In this document: in pieces, positions 1 through 6,566 of the stretch | Numbering within the stretch: position 1 is the stretch's first letter | How the letters are laid out: each line of letters starts with the position of its first letter | Virus record (IMG/VR): IMGVR_UViG_3300031949_000741 | Location: 1-61,108 of that record | Source: a virus | Lineage: Duplodnaviria > Caudoviricetes | DNA length: 61,108 bases | Reading direction: 5' to 3' (one strand) | The notes under the pieces: generated by a model | The model's input: only the letters and a program-made list of their open reading frames with translations | What the model was told of the DNA's origin: nothing | Databases searched by the model: none | Program-made: the position numbers and the translations under genes

Positions 1-290
1 GAGAGAGGGGGGAAGGGGAGGGGGGAGGAGGTAAATCTCTCACTCTAGTACTCTAATAGAGTATTATTAGTACTTTCCTGGAGTATTATGCATCTGCTCT
101 TCTACTAAGACATCTCTCTTTGTATTATAGTATATAATATACAAAGCTTTTTCAAGGATCTCTCTCACTCTGAGTAAGTTCCAGAGGTATAAAGTAAACG
201 TTTCATCTCCCAGACCCCCTTTTTAAGGCTCTAGAGGGTATAATCTTTTACTTTCAGTACACATTTTTCTTGTGAGAGGTACTACTTTTC
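1..290. repeat. Repeat- and palindrome-rich non-coding region, possible origin or genome end
   Basis: Purine/G tract at 1-31; direct repeat TCTCTCACTCT at 36-46 and 161-171; inverted repeat CTTTGTAT/ATACAAAG at 118-146; AGAGG(G)TA at about 183, 233 and 275; lies just upstream of a RepL-like gene. Confidence 0.4.
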
Positions 291-294
291 TTCT

Positions 295-302
295 TAACTT
301 TG
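295..302 (+). promoter_or_regulatory. Bacteroidota -7 promoter element TAACTTTG
   Basis: Matches TAnnTTTG, 24 nt before ATG 327. Confidence 0.6.
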
Positions 303-326
303 TACTCAGGTACTAAAACTTTACTT

Positions 327-887
327 ATGTACAACATCTCGCGTAATCCGTTTATCTACAGTGCATCTCCTATCGAGTTGATGGAGATAGGCACCCGTAA
401 CTATGTAGTAAGTGATAACTCTACAACAGGAGTTCCTCCTGATCAGATATCACGTACTTATCTGGCTGACAGAACCAGTAAGACCTGTGTATACTACAAG
501 TCTTATGTGGCGGAGGACTTTATTAATAAGCTCTCTGCTCCCGCCCTTAAGCTCTTTATCTATATTATCTACAAGCTTCCGGATAACCAGGACTGGATAA
601 AGATTAAGATCAAGACTCTTCAGGAACAACTCAATTTCAAGTCTACCCGCACGGTAGCTAAGGCCCTTAAGTGTCTCGTTGATACTTGTGTTATCTGTAA
701 GAAGTCACAGTCTGAATACTGGGTGGACCCTAAGGTTCTCTTTAAAGGTGACAGGGTAAGTTTCTATCTTAAGAACCATCCTGATTGTGTTAAGGTGGTG
801 GCTAAGATACAAGCTAACTCTGTGGTACCTCTCTCAGGTGTGGTTAGGGAACCAGTAGTAGAGTATGCTGCTAGTAAACATTCTTGA
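327..887 (+). CDS. repL: RepL-like winged-helix replication/maintenance protein
   Basis: wHTH-like LQEQLNFKSTRTVAKALKCLV followed by YWVDPKVLFKGDR, typical of the RepL family; ATG 327 preferred over TTG 300, which overlaps the promoter. Confidence 0.65.
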   Translation: MYNISRNPFIYSASPIELMEIGTRNYVVSDNSTTGVPPDQISRTYLADRTSKTCVYYKSYVAEDFINKLSAPALKLFIYIIYKLPDNQDWIKIKIKTLQEQLNFKSTRTVAKALKCLVDTCVICKKSQSEYWVDPKVLFKGDRVSFYLKNHPDCVKVVAKIQANSVVPLSGVVREPVVEYAASKHS

Positions 888-973
888 CTTATGATGGCGA
901 ATAATCTTTACTGTAGTAAAGTCTTTTTACTTTAGAGCGGTTAATCCTTCTGTCACACGAGAGACGTCTCTTT

Positions 974-1000
974 AAAAGATAGAAGCCCCCTTCCGGGGGC
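974..1000 (-). terminator. Intrinsic terminator for the 1037-1429 gene
   Basis: Minus strand GCCCCC-GGAA-GGGGGC followed by TTCTATCTTTT. Confidence 0.75.
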
Positions 1001-1036
1001 CGCTACCACTATGTCTTACTATGTCTGTCAGGAAGC

Positions 1037-1429
1037 TTACTTCGCTGACTCGTCCAGAGGCTTCTCCTCTGCAACCGGAGCTGCAGCAACAGAGATACCT
1101 TTGAACATTGATCCGAGGATCATGTCAGCACCGCGGGATGCCAAAGCATCTCCCAGCTTTCCGCTGAACTGGTCTGCCAAAGAGGCAACTGCACGGATGT
1201 CGCTGGTGTCGGCGTACACACGTCCCGAGTTCTTTGCTACTGCAAGAGTAGCGTTCTTACCCGCAAAACGGGTAGTGAACCACAGGGGATTTCCCTGTTC
1301 GTCCTCACGGGCGTTGTCGCCCTGAGCTTTCTTGAACTCTTCGAGTTGCTCGGGAGTTCCGCTTACAGCATACTTGAACACAGGGTTCCCGTTTTTGCTG
1401 ATGTAGCTTCCTAAATACTTGCCTTTCAT
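1037..1429 (-). CDS. Hypothetical protein, probably a highly expressed early gene
   Basis: 130-aa ORF with strong codon bias, an upstream motif copy (1517-1526) and a downstream terminator. Confidence 0.8.
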   Translation of the reverse strand: MKGKYLGSYISKNGNPVFKYAVSGTPEQLEEFKKAQGDNAREDEQGNPLWFTTRFAGKNATLAVAKNSGRVYADTSDIRAVASLADQFSGKLGDALASRGADMILGSMFKGISVAAAPVAEEKPLDESAK

Positions 1430-1516
1430 AGCTCGTGTTTTTAGATTGGTTAAACATTGGTGAATTGGTGCAGCTCTCTAGGCCCTAGAAGCCATATTGG
1501 ATCTGCGTACTCCCAG

Positions 1517-1526
1517 TCAGGGGTTG
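1517..1526 (-). promoter_or_regulatory. CAACCCCTGA motif, putative phage early promoter
   Basis: One of 5-7 similar copies upstream of leftward units. Confidence 0.55.
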
Positions 1527-1546
1527 TTGGGAGTGTGTTGTTGGGA

Positions 1547-1576
1547 GAATAAGAGAGGAAGTAAGGACTACTCCCC
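1547..1576 (-). terminator. Putative terminator
   Basis: Minus strand GGGGAGTA-GTCCT-TACTTCCT then CTCTTATTCT, just after the stop at 1582. Confidence 0.5.
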
Positions 1577-1581
1577 AAGTG

Positions 1582-1773
1582 TTAGTTGAGGTGATAGTCC
1601 TTAATAATCAGTCTTTCAGGTATAGTGAGGATCTCTACCTTACGTATTCCTTTGAGGAATCCAGGACTTCCGTCCTTACACATAAGATAGAACCCGTAGA
1701 CCTCATTCTTGTCCGGGAAGAGGTCACAGAGCATGTGTCCCTCACAGCAGTATATCAAGGCTATAGTTCTCAT
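1582..1773 (-). CDS. Small hypothetical protein (63 aa)
   Basis: ATGA overlap with the upstream ORF; followed by a terminator. Confidence 0.65.
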   Translation of the reverse strand: MRTIALIYCCEGHMLCDLFPDKNEVYGFYLMCKDGSPGFLKGIRKVEILTIPERLIIKDYHLN

Positions 1774-1940
1774 AGAGACCTCCCCTTTACCTTGTTACGG
1801 AAGTTTATGTCAACCTCATTCTGATGCATCATGTGTACTAACATGATCCTCATAGTCTGACGGTACATAGATGAGCGCACGTCTACCTCCCGGCGGAGAG
1901 TGAGGTGGGCTACATTAAACATGTAGATGAATGTTCTCAT
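1770..1940 (-). CDS. Small hypothetical protein (56 aa, MRTFIYMFNVAHL...), not in the ORF track
   Basis: ACCGCC-ATG start context; TGA overlaps the ATG of the next gene. Confidence 0.6.
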   Translation of the reverse strand: MRTFIYMFNVAHLTLRREVDVRSSMYRQTMRIMLVHMMHQNEVDINFRNKVKGRSL

Positions 1941-1979
1941 GGCGGTGCATATTAGATGATTATGATATATACGTGGTTG

Positions 1980-2012
1980 AAGAATAGACCCCCGCCTTCC
2001 GGAGAGGGTCTA
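1980..2012 (-). terminator. Intrinsic terminator
   Basis: Minus strand TAGACCCTCTCC-GGAA-GGCGGGGGTCTA then TTCTT. Confidence 0.65.
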
Positions 2013-2027
2013 AGACCGCACTGTCTC

Positions 2028-2075
2028 CTACTTGCTAGCAGGGAACCAGTACTCATAGAGAGCTAAGTCATACAT
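2028..2075 (-). CDS. Possible 15-aa micropeptide MYDLALYEYWFPASK
   Basis: Same ACCGCC-ATG context as starts at 1940 and 3025; fills the gap before the terminator. Confidence 0.35.
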   Translation of the reverse strand: MYDLALYEYWFPASK

Positions 2076-2329
2076 GGCGGTTTGGGTTTAAGCTTGGCAA
2101 CAGCCTTGATCTTGTCAAGGACGTGCTTATTGTACTGGTTGATAATCCCGTAGAACAGGTAGTAACCCTTCTTGGTTACATGTACCTTGATCTCGGGATA
2201 TCTCTTGAGCTCAGTTAGCTGCATCACTTTCTTCCCCGTTTCGGACTTGTACCGATACTTGAAGTGATAGTAGCTGCCAAACTGTACCTCACCGTACTTA
2301 AGGTTCATAAGTTGTTCTAGCGGGCTCAT
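2063..2329 (-). CDS. Small basic, Tyr/Lys-rich hypothetical protein (88 aa)
   Basis: CCTACTACC-ATG start; coupled to the upstream ORF by ATGA. Confidence 0.7.
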   Translation of the reverse strand: MSPLEQLMNLKYGEVQFGSYYHFKYRYKSETGKKVMQLTELKRYPEIKVHVTKKGYYLFYGIINQYNKHVLDKIKAVAKLKPKPPCMT

Positions 2330-2454
2330 GGTAGTAGGAATAAGTTATTACCTTGAATATGTCTGGTTAGCAGGATTCTTACAGTCTCACAGTTAGACTG
2401 CTTCCAGTTATCGTGACTAAGGACGTGCTTGCAGATGGATAGAAAGGTCTTCAT
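2326..2454 (-). CDS. Small hypothetical protein (42 aa, MKTFLSICKHVLSHDNW...), not in the ORF track
   Basis: Identical CCTACTACC-ATG context; ATGA overlap with 2329; follows the motif at 2478-2487. Confidence 0.55.
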   Translation of the reverse strand: MKTFLSICKHVLSHDNWKQSNCETVRILLTRHIQGNNLFLLP

Positions 2455-2477
2455 GGTAGTAGGTATTTAAGTGGATG

Positions 2478-2487
2478 TCAGGGGTTG
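2478..2487 (-). promoter_or_regulatory. CAACCCCTGA motif, putative phage early promoter
   Basis: Exact copy of 1517-1526, just downstream of a terminator. Confidence 0.55.
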
Positions 2488-2496
2488 GTGATGTGA

Positions 2497-2519
2497 TTAA
2501 AGGGAGCCGTAGCTCCCTT
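2497..2519 (-). terminator. Intrinsic terminator
   Basis: Minus strand AAGGGAGC-TACG-GCTCCCTT then TAA, directly after the stop at 2524. Confidence 0.65.
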
Positions 2520-2523
2520 ATAG

Positions 2524-2817
2524 TTAAGACAGAGACTCCATAGCCTCTGCAGGTTCAGGCTTGTAGCTCTGAATAAGGTTCACACTCTTGTGGAAGGATA
2601 TCTCATTCTCCAGTATGGATATAACTTCTTCCAGATTGTGTGCTCCCTCAAGGTCTGCTATGATATTAGCCTTGATTGTCCTGAAGTCTACATTAGGAAG
2701 CAGGGATGCCAGACGTTTTAGTGTAGGTAGATGAACTATGGCGAGCTCACCTTCGATCTTTGGTACCAGGACTACGGCCTCTTGTCCGTCTCCCAGCTTA
2801 ACAATTTCTCTTTTCAT
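2524..2817 (-). CDS. Hypothetical protein (97 aa, MKREIVKLGDG...)
   Basis: CTACC-ATG at 2817 preferred over the GTG at 2910, which lies in hairpins. Confidence 0.7.
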   Translation of the reverse strand: MKREIVKLGDGQEAVVLVPKIEGELAIVHLPTLKRLASLLPNVDFRTIKANIIADLEGAHNLEEVISILENEISFHKSVNLIQSYKPEPAEAMESLS

Positions 2818-2944
2818 GGTAGATGTTATTAATGTAGTTAATGTACTGGTTAATAACCCATAGGCCACAGGGAGAACTAGTCTCCCCACAGCTACAGGTG
2901 TACCTACCACAGTGATATCCGCTGTGGTGGTTTGAGGGTCTCTG

Positions 2945-3025
2945 TCACGATACAGTCAGTGCGACCGCAGCAATGAAGGTGAACCAGAGTATGGCCAGCT
3001 TCGTAGGTGATAATGTTGTTCTCAT
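2945..3025 (-). CDS. Possible 26-aa membrane peptide MRTTLSPTKLAILWFTFIAAVALTVS
   Basis: ACCGCC-ATG context; single hydrophobic helix; follows motif TAACCCCTTA at 3063-3072. Confidence 0.5.
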   Translation of the reverse strand: MRTTLSPTKLAILWFTFIAAVALTVS

Positions 3026-3062
3026 GGCGGTTAGGGTTTATAACGTTAAACTTTAAGTGAAT

Positions 3063-3072
3063 TAAGGGGTTA
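3063..3072 (-). promoter_or_regulatory. TAACCCCTTA motif variant
   Basis: One mismatch to CAACCCCTNA; upstream of the 3025 ORF. Confidence 0.4.
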
Positions 3073-3164
3073 GTGAAAGCCTGCATCCTATCTCATGGCC
3101 TTTCATGCAGCACTTGCAGAAGGCGCACCGTAGGTCATACAGGCTTGGGAGGTGTGTAAGATCT

Positions 3165-3374
3165 TTACATACGGACCATACTTGAGAATGGATAGAGCCG
3201 GAAGCGCTCGTTCTCAACAGAGTCCATGAATACACCCGGCTCCTGCTCCTCAAGAACCTTCACAGGAACCCGGGAGATAGGATGGTGTACTCTGGCCACT
3301 CGTTTCTTAGTGGTCTCATTGCGACGGATATGCACTACGTGTGCCAGCCCGTCAAGGATAAGTTTTACTATCAT
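3165..3374 (-). CDS. Small hypothetical protein (69 aa)
   Basis: Starts 25 nt after motif CAACCCCTCA (3400-3409). Confidence 0.6.
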   Translation of the reverse strand: MIVKLILDGLAHVVHIRRNETTKKRVARVHHPISRVPVKVLEEQEPGVFMDSVENERFRLYPFSSMVRM

Positions 3375-3399
3375 GTGGTATGTATTAATTTACTAAGGA

Positions 3400-3409
3400 T
3401 GAGGGGTTG
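3400..3409 (-). promoter_or_regulatory. CAACCCCTCA motif
   Basis: Copy of the repeated motif. Confidence 0.55.
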
Positions 3410-3714
3410 ACAACTCAGCAGGAATCGAGGCTGGGATGACCCGAAGGCCTCGTAGTACCAAGGCCCCGAGACTCTACTGCTCAGTGTTTATAGTGCTTAC
3501 TCGCTTATCCTACGCTTTGGGCACACTCCTACCCCGACAGGATCTTGGGCACTGATTTATACTCCGGAGTGGAGAGTTAAAGATATATAGATACACTACG
3601 AAGTGACCGAACTTTCCCCTATCGTCTATTCTCTGAAGTGGCTAGTGCCTGTATTCAGTAAACAGTAGGCTTTACGGAGTGAACGCTTGTGTATCTATAT
3701 ATCTTTAGGTGTAG
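3410..3714 (-). ncRNA. Putative structured ncRNA cassette
   Basis: Bounded by motif copies; no ATG seen on the minus strand; perfect 19-bp inverted repeat (3578-3596/3689-3707) and a cUUCGg-containing junction (3417-3481). Confidence 0.45.
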
Positions 3715-3724
3715 TAAGGGGTTG
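3715..3724 (-). promoter_or_regulatory. CAACCCCTTA motif
   Basis: Copy of the repeated motif, 7 nt upstream of the 19-bp stem. Confidence 0.55.
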
Positions 3725-3920
3725 ACTCGTGGAAGGCTGAGAGCTTACCGGTCTCCGGAATTTGCGTCTGTAGACAAGCCTTATTTCTCTAGTGTGTTGA
3801 TAGATAGTGATCACCGAAACCCTCCATTCTTGGAAGGCTAAGAGAGGCCCTTATATAGACATAGTATCTCACTTCCCTTGCACCCATCATCACCTCCCGT
3901 GCCCCTGCTGACTCTATAAT

Positions 3921-4000
3921 CATCTCAGCCAGGTGAAGCATCTGCAGAACAGAGTAGTGCAAAGCCACTTCAGAACAGAGATGTTTCCTGGCTGTGGATG
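3921..4000. repeat. Long imperfect hairpin with an internal direct repeat
   Basis: CAGCCAGG/CCTGGCTG, AAGCATCT/AGATGTTT, AGTG/CACT; CAGAACAGAG at 3945-3954 and 3971-3980. Confidence 0.65.
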
Positions 4001-4186
4001 TTTTAAGAAGGATGACGTATTGATCCTAAGATAGTTGCCTGAGATGACCGGGGGTAGGGGGTATGATTTGAAACCAGTGGGGGGTTGAAGAGGAGATCTA
4101 ACATGTGTTCTACTCCCATAAAAATTTACCCCTACCTATTATAAGTGAGCTATATACCCCTACCTTTACAGACTAACCTTTTCACC

Positions 4187-5038
4187 ATGAGTTACAAAAG
4201 ACTATGCGGTATATATCTCATAAGAAATATCAGGAATGGTAAGGTCTATATAGGTTCCTCTCTCCACATGAAGAATAGGTGGAGAGATCATCGTTATGAC
4301 CTTAAGAGAAATAATCATGATAGTCTACACCTACAGGCTTCCTGGAATAAGTACGGGAGAGATAACTTCGAGTTCTCTATAGTGGAGCTCTGTCCGGAGG
4401 ACAGTCTTCTCGATAAGGAATCCTACTGGATAAAGTTACATAACTCTATAGATTCATCCTGCGGATACAACGGGATAATGCCAGGGGATTATCATAAGTC
4501 TAGACCGGATATCCTTATGAAACAGAGTAAGCCTATAAAGATTGTCGTATGTATAAATAAGATCACGGGACTTACAGAGGAGGGATACCGCCCACATTTA
4601 TCTAGAGAACTGTCTATTCCCTGCCAGAAGATTACAGACTGCTGTAAGTATTGGAAGAAGAAGATAGGTCCGGGTCTTAAGAAGAGTATCAGAGGTTATA
4701 TCTTCGTCTATAAAGAGGACTATGAACCTGAGTTTGACTATATTAACCACAATATAAGAGGTAAGAATCATCTATGGAGAACTATCCTGCCTAAGAAGAC
4801 TCATTCCTTTAGGAAGAATCCAGAGGATATAATACCCCACTCCCAGAGAAATTATAAGAGAACTCCTATCTTGGCTACTCATATCCAGAGCGGCACAGAG
4901 ACTTCCTTTACCAGTATACAGGATTGTATAAGGAAATTAAAGCTAGCATCTAGAAAAGTCAGGGAGATACTCAATCACAAACCCTGGAGAACCCATCATG
5001 GATATACTTTCAAAGTAAAATCTACTTCCCTCCTCTAA
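4187..5038 (+). CDS. GIY-YIG homing endonuclease with NUMOD1-like DNA-binding domains
   Basis: CGIYLIRNIRNGKVYIGSS, RW..H, conserved Glu and GYN; C-terminal FTSIQDCIRKL...HGYTFK. Confidence 0.9.
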   Translation: MSYKRLCGIYLIRNIRNGKVYIGSSLHMKNRWRDHRYDLKRNNHDSLHLQASWNKYGRDNFEFSIVELCPEDSLLDKESYWIKLHNSIDSSCGYNGIMPGDYHKSRPDILMKQSKPIKIVVCINKITGLTEEGYRPHLSRELSIPCQKITDCCKYWKKKIGPGLKKSIRGYIFVYKEDYEPEFDYINHNIRGKNHLWRTILPKKTHSFRKNPEDIIPHSQRNYKRTPILATHIQSGTETSFTSIQDCIRKLKLASRKVREILNHKPWRTHHGYTFKVKSTSLL

Positions 5039-5088
5039 GCGTGACATCTCACGCAAGTCTCCCGGAATCTTTATATCTTTGCTCTACT

Positions 5089-5337
5089 ATGATCCCTGAT
5101 GATATAACCCTCTCTGAGTTCTTAGGACTCTCCAGAGCTACCAAGCAACCTGATGACAGGTGGGAAGTAAGCTTTCCGATCTCCAGGGGAAAGCAGGAGT
5201 GCTACGTAACAGACTGTCCGGGATACACAGAATTTGATGCCAAGGAAGATGCCTTTAATCTTGTACTGGCTGTAATAGCTGGACAGAAGAGCTCTCGGGC
5301 GAGAGTTCGGGATCTTTCTGTAGCACACCCGGTCTAA
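5089..5337 (+). CDS. Small hypothetical protein (MIPDDITLSEF...)
   Basis: ACT-ATG start directly after TATCTTTG (5074-5081); 3' end overlaps the convergent AAA gene. Confidence 0.55.
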   Translation: MIPDDITLSEFLGLSRATKQPDDRWEVSFPISRGKQECYVTDCPGYTEFDAKEDAFNLVLAVIAGQKSSRARVRDLSVAHPV

Positions 5338-6493
5338 GACTCATAAGTATCTTCTGAACATCGGCCGTACTCCTGACCTTCTTACAGAACATCCTCATAA
5401 AGTCTTCCAGACCCTCACTGCCATAAAAGGATCTGTACATCCCCTCGGCCTGATCCTCATCACACCAGGTCATCTCAAGTCTGAAGTCCACCCGGCCAGG
5501 TCTGATCAGTGCAGGATCGAGCTTCTCCACATGATTAGTAGTCATAAATAAGAGAGTACCCTCAGGAGAACCTATCCCATCTATTCCGTTGATGAAAGCC
5601 TTAAAGGATACAGAGTCAGCTCCGGTTCTCTCGCGACCATCAAACATTCCGTCTATATCCTCAAAGAGAACAGCAGACCTCCGGGGAACCCTGCTGAGCA
5701 TAGCTACAAACTGTACTTCCGTCATCTTACTACTCATATTCAGGATATACACATTCATCTTATACTTCCCGGCTATAGCCTTAATGATGCTCGTCTTCCC
5801 TGTCCCGGGAGGTCCATAGAACAAGTACCCCCTCCTGTAGGGAATACCATGATTCACATACCAGTCCTCAGACCTGATAAAGTTATCCACGTCGTCTATA
5901 AGCATCTGCTTACTCTTGTCTTTCATAAATACAGTCCCAATAGGCCGGTCTCTCTGCTCACTGATTCTTATCCACTCACCATATGTATTATGAGAGTATA
6001 TCATAGTCATATTTACCTCAAGAGATCTGGAATAGGTTATAGCCTCCTCTATCATCTCCTTAGCCAGATCTTTTCTTCTGGTAAACATAGTTATGGTATA
6101 GTCTTCGTAGAGCTCGAAGGTAGTAGACTTATCCATCTCCTTACGTCCACGACCGATTATGCAGAACACACCCTTATATCTGAAGTAGTGGTTCCCGGGA
6201 CCGGGTGAGAATACAGGTCCCTGTTCTTCACAGGTACTACCTTCTTTTGTCGGGAAACCTCTTCCACTACTTACTGTCATAAGTCTGCTCTTCTTGCCAT
6301 AATCTATAGACCCTAACCATCTTGTAAATATCTTAAAGAGTTCATCCGTTCCCTGGATATCCATAGTGGTAATAAGCCGTTTACGGATCTCGCTCCATAA
6401 CAGAGGGACACCTCTATATACAAGTGTGCTTGCTGCAGCTATGAGAGCAAGTATAATTCCACCCTGCACCAGGGGGTCTGAAGTAAATAGCAT
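5255..6493 (-). CDS. BCS1-like membrane-anchored AAA+ ATPase
   Basis: N-terminal TM helix; BCS1_N-like FSPGPGNHYFRYKG; IPYRRGYLFYGPPGTGKTS (Walker A); VLFEDID (Walker B); MTTNHVEKLDPALIRPGRVD. Confidence 0.88.
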   Translation of the reverse strand: MLFTSDPLVQGGIILALIAAASTLVYRGVPLLWSEIRKRLITTMDIQGTDELFKIFTRWLGSIDYGKKSRLMTVSSGRGFPTKEGSTCEEQGPVFSPGPGNHYFRYKGVFCIIGRGRKEMDKSTTFELYEDYTITMFTRRKDLAKEMIEEAITYSRSLEVNMTMIYSHNTYGEWIRISEQRDRPIGTVFMKDKSKQMLIDDVDNFIRSEDWYVNHGIPYRRGYLFYGPPGTGKTSIIKAIAGKYKMNVYILNMSSKMTEVQFVAMLSRVPRRSAVLFEDIDGMFDGRERTGADSVSFKAFINGIDGIGSPEGTLLFMTTNHVEKLDPALIRPGRVDFRLEMTWCDEDQAEGMYRSFYGSEGLEDFMRMFCKKVRSTADVQKILMSLRPGVLQKDPELSPESSSVQLLQPVQD

Positions 6494-6514
6494 AGTGAAG
6501 TTGTTGGTTAACTG

Positions 6515-6542
6515 TAAAGGTAAAAGTTTATTATTATCTTTG
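6515..6542. promoter_or_regulatory. Divergent host-type promoters
   Basis: TATCTTTG (+, 6535-6542) for the glycan operon; variant TACCTTTA (-, 6515-6522) for the AAA gene. Confidence 0.55.
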
Positions 6543-6566
6543 TCCCGTCTAACCAACATTTTCGTC

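Noticed and set aside
2904-3253. Track ORFs 2904-3086 and 3062-3253
   Set aside because: They overlap better-supported ORFs, a motif copy and hairpins, and have poor start contexts
3625-3640. Minus-strand CTTCAGAGAATAGACG resembles the group I intron R element
   Set aside because: The P7 strand GACTA is altered, no matching S element (AAGATATAGTC) follows, and no interrupted gene flanks it
3561-3690. Short boxes at about 35-nt spacing suggesting a mini-CRISPR array
   Set aside because: Repeats are only 6-13 nt and degenerate, and there is no cas operon (the nuclease at 18581 is a common stand-alone phage gene); kept as an RNA motif instead
3789-3941. 50-codon minus-strand ORF (MLHLAEMIIESAGAREV...)
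   Set aside because: Start is buried in a hairpin and lacks the ACC-ATG or GCC-ATG context of neighbouring genes; cannot be supported
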